Shown: piece by piece, positions 1 to 9,243 of the stretch
How the letters are laid out: each line of letters opens with the position of its first letter
Position numbering within the stretch: the stretch's first letter is position 1
Program-made: the position numbers and the translations under genes
Assembly (NCBI GenBank): GCA_918244965.1
Contig: CAKJYC010000004.1
Location: 1,185-65,184, forward strand
DNA: 64,000 nucleotides
Direction of reading: 5' to 3'
Source: Clostridiales bacterium
GTDB lineage: Bacteria > Bacillota > Clostridia > Christensenellales > CAG-138
Notes under the pieces: generated by a model
What the model was told of the DNA's origin: nothing
What the model saw: the letters and a program-made list of their open reading frames with translations, nothing else
Database searches by the model: none

Positions 1-1
1 G

Positions 2-127
2 CGGCGCGCCGTCAGCATCGGCGCGGGCGGACGCGGGATCCGCTATACCTGTTTGATCGAGGGGCGAAAGCGGTTCCTGTTCTTCGAAAACCCGCGCTGG
101 TTTGTCGACACCGTGAAAAATTCATAG
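2..127 (+). CDS. 3' end of a small conserved hypothetical protein (truncated by window edge)
   Basis: Manual translation RRAVSIGAGGRGIRYTCLIEGRKRFLFFENPRWFVDTVKNS*; resembles a small clostridial family with a GG.GIRYTC...LF.E..RWFV C-terminus (recognised from memory). Confidence 0.65.
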   Translation, partial: RRAVSIGAGGRGIRYTCLIEGRKRFLFFENPRWFVDTVKNS

Positions 128-154
128 GAAACAGTAGCAACCGCGAAAAAACTG

Positions 155-163
155 TGTTATAAT
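155..163 (+). promoter_or_regulatory. extended -10 promoter element (TGnTATAAT)
   Basis: tgttataat followed by GGAGG (180-184) and ATG at 190. Confidence 0.6.
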
Positions 164-189
164 ATGAAATCATCAATATGGAGGCGTCT

Positions 190-510
190 ATGGAACAGGA
201 ATACAGCGTGGAAAACGCTAAGGCGTTTATCAAGCAGAAATTCATGGAGCAGGGGGATTTTCTCATTCTGAAGGAGGAGATCTTCGACGCGATGCTGGAC
301 CGGATCGTTGAACTGGATGAGAGCTTTATGGAGTCATCCGGCGTCAACGACGGCGAGGTCTACGACGACGATAAGGCGTTCGACTATCTCTTCGAGGAGA
401 TGCAGAAATCCTTCCCGGAGCAGAAAATGTATTGCATGCGCTTCGTCGAGGACTACATGGACTACAGCGAAGGCTATCTCGAAAGCATCGGCGCGATCGA
501 GTGGGATTGA
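190..510 (+). CDS. small acidic hypothetical protein
   Basis: ORF with GGAGG SD before ATG 190; D/E-rich; stop overlaps TTG start of next gene. Confidence 0.75.
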   Translation: MEQEYSVENAKAFIKQKFMEQGDFLILKEEIFDAMLDRIVELDESFMESSGVNDGEVYDDDKAFDYLFEEMQKSFPEQKMYCMRFVEDYMDYSEGYLESIGAIEWD

Positions 511-1226
511 CGGCGTTGAAGGTCCTCTTTGTCGGCAACAGTCATACATACTTCAACGACATGCCGGAGCAATTTTCCCGCATGTGCGAATCGCTGACGG
601 GCGAGCGGCCGGAGATCACGATGCTTGCCTTCTCGAACCGTACGCTGACATGGCACGTCAGGGAATACTTCTCCGTGCGCTTTGCGCTGTTGTACGGATC
701 GTATGATTATTGCGTGATCCAGCAGTTCGGGCATCCGATCCCGCCGATCGAGGAGACCGAGCCGCCGCTTCAAAAGCTCTTGACGCTTTGTGAACAGGCC
801 GGCACAAAACCGGTCCTCTACATGACGTGGGCAAAGCGCGAGGAACCGGAGAAGGCGGCATACATCAGCGACATCTACCGGACGCTGGCAAAGCGGTACA
901 ACACTATGCTTGCGCCGATGGCGGAGGTGTTTGAAGCGATCCGGACGGAACATCCGGAGATCGACCTGTACTGGCAAGACGGCTCACATGCGTCGCCGTA
1001 CGGAGACTACCTGATTGCCGCAACGCTTGCGCTGCTTTTGACCGGCAGTACGGATGCCGCAAGGCTTCCGGACGTCCTGTTGGATTTCCGTGTGCAGTTC
1101 GATCGGGAAAAAGGTCCGCAGGCGGTTGAGAACGAAGAGGAGATAGAGATCGCCCCGAATCCCGCGTACACGGCGATCCTGCGCGATTACGCCGTAAAAG
1201 CGGTTCTGGCGCAGCAGAAACGATGA
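507..1226 (+). CDS. SGNH/GDSL hydrolase family protein
   Basis: N-terminal VLFVGNSHT (block I Ser) and DGSHAS (DxxH); start TTG 507 or 516 inferred. Confidence 0.8.
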   Translation: MTALKVLFVGNSHTYFNDMPEQFSRMCESLTGERPEITMLAFSNRTLTWHVREYFSVRFALLYGSYDYCVIQQFGHPIPPIEETEPPLQKLLTLCEQAGTKPVLYMTWAKREEPEKAAYISDIYRTLAKRYNTMLAPMAEVFEAIRTEHPEIDLYWQDGSHASPYGDYLIAATLALLLTGSTDAARLPDVLLDFRVQFDREKGPQAVENEEEIEIAPNPAYTAILRDYAVKAVLAQQKR

Positions 1227-2437
1227 AGAGCACGGTTTCGAAAAGCCGCATAACGTCCGTGTTCGAGGTCGATACGGTGCACATCGGTGTATTGGACGGG
1301 ATCCGTGCGCTTGCGGTACTGTGTGTGCTGTGGTTTCATTTCTGGCAGCAGACATGGCTGATGCCGGTGTACGAGACCTCGCTGCTCGGCTGGATGGGTG
1401 TTTCGAGGATCAATCCGGATACGCTGCGTCGCTGCGGGTATCTTTGCGTCGATCTGATGCTGCTGCTTTCCGCGTTCGTGCTGTATCTGCCGATCGCGCG
1501 AAGCGTGTTTTGCGGAACGAAGCCGGATCCGGTCAAACGGTTCTGGCGGAAGCGGATCGCCCGCATCGTACCGAGCTACCTGTTCGCTGTGATCGTCATG
1601 TTCGTCGTTGCGTGCATCGAAGGCATGTATCACGGGAAAGCGGGATTTGCGGTCAAGGACCTTCTGACGCACCTGACGTTTACACAGATGCTGTTCAACG
1701 ACACGTATCTGTTTACGGCGATCACGGCAGTCATGTGGACGGTGTGCATCGAAGTCGCGTTTTACCTGATCTTTCCGCTGCTCTCGAAGGCGTTTCGTGC
1801 AAAACCGCTGCTGACCTACGCAACGATGCTGCTGATCGGCTGCTGCTTCACCTACGGGATCGCACCTGCACTCGGTGAACCGCGCGTCATGGTCAACCGG
1901 TTTCTGACGTTTCTGCCGGTGTTTGCAAACGGCATGATGGCGGCGCATCTGTATGTCTGGTATGCCGAACGCGTGAAGCGCAAAACGATCCCGTCGATCG
2001 TAGGCACGATCTCGGCGGCCGCGGCGCTGTATGCGATCGCGCGGCTGTTTCAGATGTGTGTATCGACCGGTAAAGCGGGCGATCAGCAGATTTGGCAGAT
2101 GCAGTACCGGATCGTTCTGTCGTTTGCGTTTACGGTCCTTCTGCTGGGGACTGCGATCTCCGCAAAGCCGATCCGCAAGATCCTGGACAATCGTGTTCTT
2201 GCTTCGATCGCCGCAGTATCCTACAACCTGTATCTTTGGCATCAGTGGATTATTGTGCGAATCTGCATGTCGTTCGGTGCAAAGAGCGGGAAGGATATTT
2301 CGGCGCGAGGCGCAGGATTTCAATGGACGGTGACGCTCATGGGCCTTGTGGCTGCATTTGGCGTCGCGATACTGATCACATACGGGCTGGAACGCCCGTT
2401 GTCAAAACAAATTCTGAAAATAAGGAAGGAGATCTAA
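1223..2437 (+). CDS. acyltransferase 3 (OafA/YrhL-like) membrane O-acyltransferase
   Basis: LDGIRALAV...H, RKRIARIVPSY, WTVCIEVAFY, SYNLYLWH motifs; many hydrophobic helices; ATGA overlap with SGNH gene. Confidence 0.85.
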   Translation: MKSTVSKSRITSVFEVDTVHIGVLDGIRALAVLCVLWFHFWQQTWLMPVYETSLLGWMGVSRINPDTLRRCGYLCVDLMLLLSAFVLYLPIARSVFCGTKPDPVKRFWRKRIARIVPSYLFAVIVMFVVACIEGMYHGKAGFAVKDLLTHLTFTQMLFNDTYLFTAITAVMWTVCIEVAFYLIFPLLSKAFRAKPLLTYATMLLIGCCFTYGIAPALGEPRVMVNRFLTFLPVFANGMMAAHLYVWYAERVKRKTIPSIVGTISAAAALYAIARLFQMCVSTGKAGDQQIWQMQYRIVLSFAFTVLLLGTAISAKPIRKILDNRVLASIAAVSYNLYLWHQWIIVRICMSFGAKSGKDISARGAGFQWTVTLMGLVAAFGVAILITYGLERPLSKQILKIRKEI

Positions 2438-2438
2438 T

Positions 2439-2687
2439 ATGCATTACACGGCAAAGGTCAACAACGTATGTTCCACCAAGGTCGACTTCGATCTTGTGGA
2501 CGGCAAGGTACACAATGTCGTCTTTACCGGCGGTTGCAACGGCAATCTGAAGGCGATCGGCAAGCTGGTCGAGGGCATGGAGCGCGAAAAGCTCGTCAGC
2601 ATTCTGAAAGGCAATACCTGCGGACCGAGCAGCACATCCTGTGCGGATCAGCTCGCGCGAGCCGTGGAGCAGGCGGAGGAAGCATAA
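2439..2687 (+). CDS. TIGR03905-type stand-alone TSCPD domain protein
   Basis: VCS, FTGGCNGNL, CG..STSCADQLA motifs; SD AGGAG. Confidence 0.85.
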   Translation: MHYTAKVNNVCSTKVDFDLVDGKVHNVVFTGGCNGNLKAIGKLVEGMEREKLVSILKGNTCGPSSTSCADQLARAVEQAEEA

Positions 2688-2689
2688 CG

Positions 2690-3574
2690 ATGCGCTTCGG
2701 ATATGATATCGGCGGCACAAACATTGCCGCAGGCCTTTTGAACGACGAGAACAAGCTGATCGTCAAGGAATCCAGACCGTTCCCGCGCGGACAGGGAACA
2801 GATGCCGTGATCGGCGTCTGCGAGGCCCTGTATCGTTCGATCCTTGGAAAGGCGGACGTTTCCGAGGAACACATTACCGGCGTCGGCGTTGCAGTTCCCG
2901 GCAGCGTCAATGCGGACAAGGGGATCGTCATCGACGCGCACAATCTCGGTTTTCATGATACGCCGCTCATGGATCTGCTCGGCGCTGCGCTGCATCAGCC
3001 CGTCGCGCTGATCAACGATGCAGATGCGGCGACACTTGCAGAACACCGCATCGGCGCGCTGAAAGGTACGGAGACCGCAGCGCTGATCACGATCGGCACA
3101 GGCATCGGCGGCGGGTTGATTTTCAACGGCGAGCTGTATCGCGGCGGGCGCAAAAACGGAACCGAGCCGGGCCACATGGTGCTCAGAAACGGCGGCAGAA
3201 AATGCACCTGCGGCATTGAAGGCTGTGCAGAAGCATATTGCTCTGCGACGCGTCTGACCGTCGACGGAGCCAAGCTCGGTCATCCGAGCGCAAAGGAATT
3301 GATCGACGCAGCAAGGAACGACGAACCGGAAGCGCTGCAGCTGTTCAAAACATATGTCGACGATCTCGGCAGCTATCTTGCTTCGATCGTCAATCTGCTT
3401 GATCCGGAACGGATCGCAATCGGCGGCGGCGTCTGCGGCGCAGGCAGTTTCTTGCTCGATCCGCTGCGCGCCGATGTGGAGCAGAAGTGCTTCTTTAAAA
3501 CCTGTCCGGAGATCGTTGTTGCGTCTGCTGGCAATGACGCCGGCATCATCGGCGCTTGCCTGATCGCGGAATAA
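2690..3574 (+). CDS. ROK family sugar kinase (glucokinase-like)
   Basis: GYDIGGT, NDADAA, GTGIGGG, EPGH, CTCG..GCAE zinc motif; ATG 2690 after GGAGG. Confidence 0.9.
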   Translation: MRFGYDIGGTNIAAGLLNDENKLIVKESRPFPRGQGTDAVIGVCEALYRSILGKADVSEEHITGVGVAVPGSVNADKGIVIDAHNLGFHDTPLMDLLGAALHQPVALINDADAATLAEHRIGALKGTETAALITIGTGIGGGLIFNGELYRGGRKNGTEPGHMVLRNGGRKCTCGIEGCAEAYCSATRLTVDGAKLGHPSAKELIDAARNDEPEALQLFKTYVDDLGSYLASIVNLLDPERIAIGGGVCGAGSFLLDPLRADVEQKCFFKTCPEIVVASAGNDAGIIGACLIAE

Positions 3575-3581
3575 GTGTATG

Positions 3582-3608
3582 AAAAAAGCGGCTCAAAAGC
3601 CGCTTTTT
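3582..3608. terminator. bidirectional intrinsic terminator
   Basis: aaaaaagcggct-caaa-agccgcttttt between convergent genes. Confidence 0.85.
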
Positions 3609-3620
3609 GCGTGCGCACAA

Positions 3621-4346
3621 TTAAACCGTATACCCGCCGTCGCAGCAGAGTACCTGTCCGGTGACAAAGCGTGCACCGGCAAGATAGAATACGGCTTCGG
3701 CAACATCCTGCGGCGTGCCGAGTCGGCACAGCGGTGTATCCAAACGGAATGATTCCAGCTCGGCGTCGGACAGGTGCGCATTCATCGCAGTCGGAATAAG
3801 CCCCGGCGCAACGGCATTCACGGTGACGTCGGACGGCGCAAGCTCCTTTGAAAGCGCTTTGGTAAAGCCGATGAGCGCGGCTTTCGAGGCAGAATAGACG
3901 ACCTCGCACGAGCCCCCGACGACGCCCCACATGGATGAAATGTTGACGACGGAGCCGTGCTGTGCGCGAAGATCGTCTGTCAAAAGACGCGTCAGGCGCA
4001 TCGCCGCGTGTACATTTGTATCGAAAACGTGATCATAGTCCGCATCGGTCGTTTCTGAAAACAGTTTTTGCGGAAGTGCGACGCCCGCGCAATTCACAAG
4101 GACGGAAATCCTGCCGAGACGCCGATGGATTTCGTACAGCATCTCCTGTACGGAGTCCGGATCGTTGAGATCGCATTGTAAAGCTGCATAGTCAGCATCT
4201 TCCGGAAGCGTACGGATCAGCGTGTCGATCGCTTGCCGGTTGGAACGGTATTGCAGTGCGACGGCATAGCCGGCATCGGCAAAGCGCTTTGCGATCGCGG
4301 ATCCGATCCCTCCGGATGCGCCGGTTATCAGAGCAGTTCGTTTCAT
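3621..4346 (-). CDS. short-chain dehydrogenase/reductase (FabG/YmfI-like)
   Basis: TGASGGIG Rossmann motif, NCAG, YSASK catalytic motif. Confidence 0.9.
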   Translation of the reverse strand: MKRTALITGASGGIGSAIAKRFADAGYAVALQYRSNRQAIDTLIRTLPEDADYAALQCDLNDPDSVQEMLYEIHRRLGRISVLVNCAGVALPQKLFSETTDADYDHVFDTNVHAAMRLTRLLTDDLRAQHGSVVNISSMWGVVGGSCEVVYSASKAALIGFTKALSKELAPSDVTVNAVAPGLIPTAMNAHLSDAELESFRLDTPLCRLGTPQDVAEAVFYLAGARFVTGQVLCCDGGYTV

Positions 4347-4837
4347 GTTCCCTCCGTAAAGCGGATCGAACGCATCATGGCGTCGAAAGCATGGATGTAA
4401 TCGTCGGAATCCCGATTCAGAAGCGTGAAGAAATACATCTGTTTCGCGCTGATCGCATAAATGATAAGATCGTGCTCACCCTGATCGATTGCAACCTTGC
4501 ATGCAATGCGGCGTGCATCACAGCCGTCGACCTTGCACACTTCGACAGATCCGACCGTCAGCGATTCATAGCCGCTCGTGGATTGCAGCGCTTCCCTGTA
4601 TTCATCCGTCGTAAACCTGTCAAAATACCAGTTCAGCTCGGTTGAGGAGAACGTGATCGAGCTTGACAGCAGAGGGTTCCCGTACGGTGCAAAGCATATG
4701 ATCGGCATATTGTCGACCGGTTCGAATGTGTCGGGCAGCTCTGCGGCAAAGTACGCATTTTGATATGCGTTCGCCGCTGCGCCGGAGCATCCGACGAGCA
4801 TGAATAAGCAGAGGAGGAAGGGAAGAAGCCGCTTCAT
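4343..4837 (-). CDS. lipoprotein of unknown function
   Basis: MKRLLPFLLCLFMLVGC lipobox; 4-nt overlaps with both neighbours. Confidence 0.75.
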   Translation of the reverse strand: MKRLLPFLLCLFMLVGCSGAAANAYQNAYFAAELPDTFEPVDNMPIICFAPYGNPLLSSSITFSSTELNWYFDRFTTDEYREALQSTSGYESLTVGSVEVCKVDGCDARRIACKVAIDQGEHDLIIYAISAKQMYFFTLLNRDSDDYIHAFDAMMRSIRFTEGT

Positions 4838-5313
4838 TCCGCTTCCTCCCAAACGCCCGTTATGACGCCGACCAGCATGGTATGCGTATCACCTTCGGCA
4901 TAATAGCGATTGCGCAGCGTTTCATCGGAAAGAAGCTGTTCGTCAAGATCAATGCGATAGACGATACGGCACTCGATGTGATACCGGCAGCCGGCAAACC
5001 CGTCCTGCGCGCCGAAACGGGCGGGGACAAGCGAGGCATGCAGCGCATCAATCTTGTTGACGTCGCGCCCGGACTTTGTTCCACAGGATGCAAGCTCCTT
5101 CTGCATGGTTCCCGTGAAGGGAACGCTGACGGTGAACGTGTCGCTATCCTTCAAAAGCGAATGGGTATAACGGCTTTGACGGACATAGACCGAGAACGTC
5201 GGTTTGCTCCAAAGTACGCCGAACTGTCCCCATCCGATCGTCATGGGATTGCCCTTCACCATCAAAAACGCACCTTTTTTCAGTTGTTCAGCCGTATCCT
5301 GCATCCATGTCAT
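4834..5313 (-). CDS. flavin reductase family protein
   Basis: NPMTIGWG, VRQSRYT, CGTKSGRDVNK, DTH motifs; GGAGGTG SD. Confidence 0.85.
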   Translation of the reverse strand: MTWMQDTAEQLKKGAFLMVKGNPMTIGWGQFGVLWSKPTFSVYVRQSRYTHSLLKDSDTFTVSVPFTGTMQKELASCGTKSGRDVNKIDALHASLVPARFGAQDGFAGCRYHIECRIVYRIDLDEQLLSDETLRNRYYAEGDTHTMLVGVITGVWEEAE

Positions 5314-5372
5314 GCTGCTTCACCTCCGGTTATGATATCTTATTATAACGGATTAAACCGGAAAAATCCAGT

Positions 5373-5398
5373 AAAAAAGAAGCCCGAAGGCTTCTTTT
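5373..5398 (-). terminator. intrinsic terminator after DUF378 gene
   Basis: aaaaaagaagcc-cgaa-ggcttctttt hairpin with T-tracts on both strands. Confidence 0.75.
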
Positions 5399-5407
5399 GC
5401 GATTGAT

Positions 5408-5623
5408 TTATGCGTCGTCCTGCATAAACGATGTTTTCCGGACATTGCGTTGGAACAGCATCACGATTCCCCAGATCCCGCCGAGACCGACAAGAATGTA
5501 GAGAATGGTTGTTATGACCGATCCGACGCCGAAGATCCATGTCACCAGATTGAAGTTGAACAGTCCGACCAGCAGCCAGTTCAGCGCTCCTACGATCATC
5601 AGGATCAAGGCAACGATATTCAT
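5408..5623 (-). CDS. DUF378 family small membrane protein (YuzA-like)
   Basis: IVGALNWLLVGLFNFNLV..IFG...YILVGL motif; AAAGGAGTG SD. Confidence 0.85.
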   Translation of the reverse strand: MNIVALILMIVGALNWLLVGLFNFNLVTWIFGVGSVITTILYILVGLGGIWGIVMLFQRNVRKTSFMQDDA

Positions 5624-5644
5624 GAAATCACTCCTTTCGCGACA

Positions 5645-5944
5645 TTAGTATGTACGCGAATCGAAGATATCATGCTCCTTTTTTTCGGGAAAGATTTCAA
5701 TTTCAAACCGGTCGAATGTAACAGGCTCCATAAAATCACGCGCTTTGAAAACTGTGTGTGAAAACTGATCAAGTTCACGTACATGCTTTTCCAGAACGAC
5801 GGGGCGGGAGAGATCCAGTGCCTGACAGAGCTCGTGCAGCACAGGCATCCATCCTTCTATATCAGAAGGTCGTGCGAGAGCGAACTCCCGCACGACGTCT
5901 GATTGGATCCTTTGATGTTGAATGGTTTTTGCCCAGATGCGCAT
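5645..5944 (-). CDS. conserved hypothetical protein (99 aa)
   Basis: MRIWAK...C.ALDLSRPV.LEKH...F...DFMEPV.FDRFEIE pattern; starts 1 nt after upstream stop. Confidence 0.75.
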   Translation of the reverse strand: MRIWAKTIQHQRIQSDVVREFALARPSDIEGWMPVLHELCQALDLSRPVVLEKHVRELDQFSHTVFKARDFMEPVTFDRFEIEIFPEKKEHDIFDSRTY

Positions 5945-5945
5945 G

Positions 5946-7892
5946 TTATGCTTTCTTTGCAAACCAGCCGATGAACTCGGCGCAGCCGGTATCGCTGTAG
6001 GTGCCGGTGAAGTTGCAGTAAATGTTATACTTGCCGCCGACATTTTCACCGGGTGACCACTTGCCGCTGAAATTACGGACGTAAACGGTTTCACCGGACT
6101 TGTTGAGCGTCATCTTGACAATGACCTCGCCGTCGATCTCGATCGCTTCTACGACTGTAGCCGTAATGCGGATACCGTAGCTGCTCGTAGCGTACTGCGC
6201 TTGATTCGCAAGCAGCTCGTCGATCTTGACGTTCTTCGGGATCTCGATATACGTCTTGGTCTTGTTATAGTACTTGACGAACGCATTTTTGTCCTCAAAG
6301 CTCTTCGTTACGGTGAACTTCGTACTGCCGCTTTCCGCGCCTTCCTTCACGGCGTCGAGCGTAATCACAGACATGCCGTAGAACGAAGGATCCATGGTGA
6401 TCTGGAAGGAGAAGTTGCCGTCATTGTCGACGTTCACACTGCCGCAAAGCACGTTCGTGGAATTATCGCTTGTTGCAGTCAGTGTTGCGCCGGGCAGCGT
6501 CGTACCGGTGACGGTCAGCTTGCCGGATTTGTCAGCACGCAGTGCATCGGTCTTGACTTCGAGCTTCATTTCTTCCGGAATGAACTTGTAAGCATGAATT
6601 GTGATTTCCTTCGTGTCGGAAACACAATCATTCTTCGTGGCGACGATCGTTATGGTCTCTTCATCATCCTCGGTTGCGCCGGCCGGGAAGCTGAAGTCCT
6701 GCATGATCTTACCGCCCTGATATACGACCGTACCGACGCCGTTGATCGTAACCTCCGCGGCAGGATCGTCGATCGTCGCTTCGATCGTAACGGTGTTGGA
6801 TTCAGGCGCCATGATCACGCCGTTTTCATCCGCGACCGGTGCGGTAACGGTGATGTTCAGCTTCGGGAACGTGCGCGTAAACGACGGACAATTGACGCTG
6901 TACGAAGAACCGTCTGCACCCGTGATGGTGATGCTCGGCGTAAAGGTAACCTCGGAATCCTCAAGCGGTGTGTTGAGATAGAACACCTCGACCGGGATCT
7001 TGACCTTGCGCTGCATGTCACGTTCTTCTTCGTTGACAAACTTATAATCGTCCTGATGCGGGAACTCGATGGTCAGCGTTGATTTCGCGGGAACAACGAC
7101 CGTGATCGCGATAAAATCTGCGTTGTTTTCATCGCGATACTCAAGAAGCTGTGCGTTCTTGGCGTCAAGATCGGTCTTTTCGGGCGCTTGCGTAGCGGCA
7201 GTGCCGGGCTCGGTCGATGCAGTCTCGACAGGATCACCGGTGCCGGGGTTGTCAACTGCGGTCGTACCCTGCTTGCCGGGATCGTTGCTCTTCTTGCTGC
7301 AGCCAAGCTGATCCTTCAGGAAGATCCCTGCGATCACAACAATGATGCCGACGATCACGACGATGATCGCGATCAGCAGGACAGTGAACAAGGTGTTGTT
7401 CTTTTTCTTTTGTTGTTTGCGCTTGGGCGGCGTGGGTTCATACTCGAACGACTCATCGCTGTTTTCCAGCGCTTCTTCGTCGTTGTAAATGCTGTCTTCT
7501 TCGGCAGACTCTTCTGCGGGCGCGGGCTCTTTGTCGCTTTCTTCGGGTTCTTCCTGTGCGACAGGCTTACGACGAGAGGAATTGCGTGCAAACAAAAGAA
7601 CCTCGGTATCCTCTTCGGGTTCTTCCTGTACCGGCTCGGATGCAGGCGTTTCAACAGCTTCAGGCGCTTTCTCCGGCTCCTGGTCGGGTTCGGGCTTGGG
7701 CTCCGGTTCCCTGACGCGTTCCGACTGTTCCGGTGCGACCCAGGAAGGACGGCTGAACCGGCGGGTCGGCTGCTGCTCTTCGACAGGCGCTGCAGGCTGT
7801 TCGGGCGCCGTTTCGCCCTTCAGATTTGCGGCGCAGACCTTGCAGAATGTTGCATGATCGGGATTATATGCTCCGCATTCCTTACAAATCAT
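5946..7892 (-). CDS. zinc-ribbon, single-pass membrane protein with beta-rich extracellular domains
   Basis: CKECG...CKVC N-terminus, acidic Pro/Glu-rich linker, KKKNN then hydrophobic helix, Thr/Val-rich C-terminal domains; AGGAGG SD. Confidence 0.8.
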   Translation of the reverse strand: MICKECGAYNPDHATFCKVCAANLKGETAPEQPAAPVEEQQPTRRFSRPSWVAPEQSERVREPEPKPEPDQEPEKAPEAVETPASEPVQEEPEEDTEVLLFARNSSRRKPVAQEEPEESDKEPAPAEESAEEDSIYNDEEALENSDESFEYEPTPPKRKQQKKKNNTLFTVLLIAIIVVIVGIIVVIAGIFLKDQLGCSKKSNDPGKQGTTAVDNPGTGDPVETASTEPGTAATQAPEKTDLDAKNAQLLEYRDENNADFIAITVVVPAKSTLTIEFPHQDDYKFVNEEERDMQRKVKIPVEVFYLNTPLEDSEVTFTPSITITGADGSSYSVNCPSFTRTFPKLNITVTAPVADENGVIMAPESNTVTIEATIDDPAAEVTINGVGTVVYQGGKIMQDFSFPAGATEDDEETITIVATKNDCVSDTKEITIHAYKFIPEEMKLEVKTDALRADKSGKLTVTGTTLPGATLTATSDNSTNVLCGSVNVDNDGNFSFQITMDPSFYGMSVITLDAVKEGAESGSTKFTVTKSFEDKNAFVKYYNKTKTYIEIPKNVKIDELLANQAQYATSSYGIRITATVVEAIEIDGEVIVKMTLNKSGETVYVRNFSGKWSPGENVGGKYNIYCNFTGTYSDTGCAEFIGWFAKKA

Positions 7893-8089
7893 ATATATAC
7901 CTCCTATTGCAGTTCTGGTTTATACACAAGTATTATATCATAAAATTTCACACAGAAGTGACTAATATGTAAACAATTTGCGATTTATCAAGTTTTTTTT
8001 GCCTGAAAACAGGGTTTTCGGTGTGATTGCGTGTTTCGTTCTTGAAACATTTTGAATAATATGGTATTATCAACATCGCATAAGGGTGA

Positions 8090-9241
8090 ATGAATATGAT
8101 CTATTTTGACAACAGCGCAACGACACAGACCCTGCCGGAAGCGGCGCAGCGCGCGGCGACGGCAATGACACAGGGGTTTTACAACCCGGCGGCGGCATAC
8201 AGCGCCGCATACGCTGTAGAGAAGGAAGTCGAAAATGCGCGGAGCTTTGCCGCTTCGCTTTTGGGTGCAACTGCACAGGAGATCATCTATACCTCCGGCG
8301 GAACGGAATCGAACAACATGGCGCTGTTCGGCTCTCTGCGTCCCGTTCGCGGCAAGAAACGCATTGTCATCACGGCGGTAGAGCATCCGTCGGTATTTGA
8401 AACGGCCAACGCCGCAGCGGATGCGTCCGGCGCAGAGCTTGTCTACGCGCCGCTGAAGGCGGACGGTACAGTTGATATCGAACGGCTGGGCGAGGTCCTG
8501 ACCCGCGATACTGCGTTTGTCAGTATCATGCATGTCAACAACGAAGTCGGAAGCGTAAACGATCTTGTCCGCATCGCCGAAGCCGTCCGGACGTTTTCGC
8601 CGAACGCGATCCTGCATGCGGACGGTGTTCAGGCATTTATGAAAACAGATCTGCACAAGCTTCCCGTAGACCTGTATTCCGTATCGGCGCATAAGCTCCA
8701 TGCACCGAAGGGCGTCGGGTTTCTGTATCTTCGGAACGGGATCCGGTTTGCAGGCGGTCAGATCGGAGGCGGACAGGAACGAAACCTGCGCAGCGGCACA
8801 ACGAACGTTCCGGGGATCCTCGGATTCGATACCGCGCTGCGTACATATCATGCAAACAAGACGGCGTGGCATGCGCAGATGCGCCGCGTCAAAATGCGGT
8901 TGTATCGCAATCTCATCACACTGCCCGACGTTGTACTGAACGGACCTGCCGCAGAGGAAGGCGCACCGCATATTCTGAACCTTTCGTTCCTCGGCGTCCG
9001 CGGAGAGGTGCTGCTTCATGCGTTGGAACGGTATGATGTGATCGTATCGACCGGTTCGGCCTGCTCGGCGAAAAAGCAGGGCAAGAACCGTATCCTGAAT
9101 GCGATCGGCATCACCGGCGCGCGGCAGGACGGCGCGATCCGGTTCAGCTTCTGTCCGTTTAACACAGAGGAAGAGGCGGACGCCGCATCGAATGTGATCG
9201 AGGGACAGCTTCGCTTTCTGCGCAGATATAAAAGGAGATAA
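8090..9241 (+). CDS. iscS: cysteine desulfurase (NifZ/IscS family) paired with ThiI
   Basis: YFDNSATT, TSGGTESNN, SAHK (PLP Lys), STGSACS catalytic Cys; start 8090 or 8096. Confidence 0.9.
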   Translation: MNMIYFDNSATTQTLPEAAQRAATAMTQGFYNPAAAYSAAYAVEKEVENARSFAASLLGATAQEIIYTSGGTESNNMALFGSLRPVRGKKRIVITAVEHPSVFETANAAADASGAELVYAPLKADGTVDIERLGEVLTRDTAFVSIMHVNNEVGSVNDLVRIAEAVRTFSPNAILHADGVQAFMKTDLHKLPVDLYSVSAHKLHAPKGVGFLYLRNGIRFAGGQIGGGQERNLRSGTTNVPGILGFDTALRTYHANKTAWHAQMRRVKMRLYRNLITLPDVVLNGPAAEEGAPHILNLSFLGVRGEVLLHALERYDVIVSTGSACSAKKQGKNRILNAIGITGARQDGAIRFSFCPFNTEEEADAASNVIEGQLRFLRRYKRR

Positions 9242-9243
9242 CA

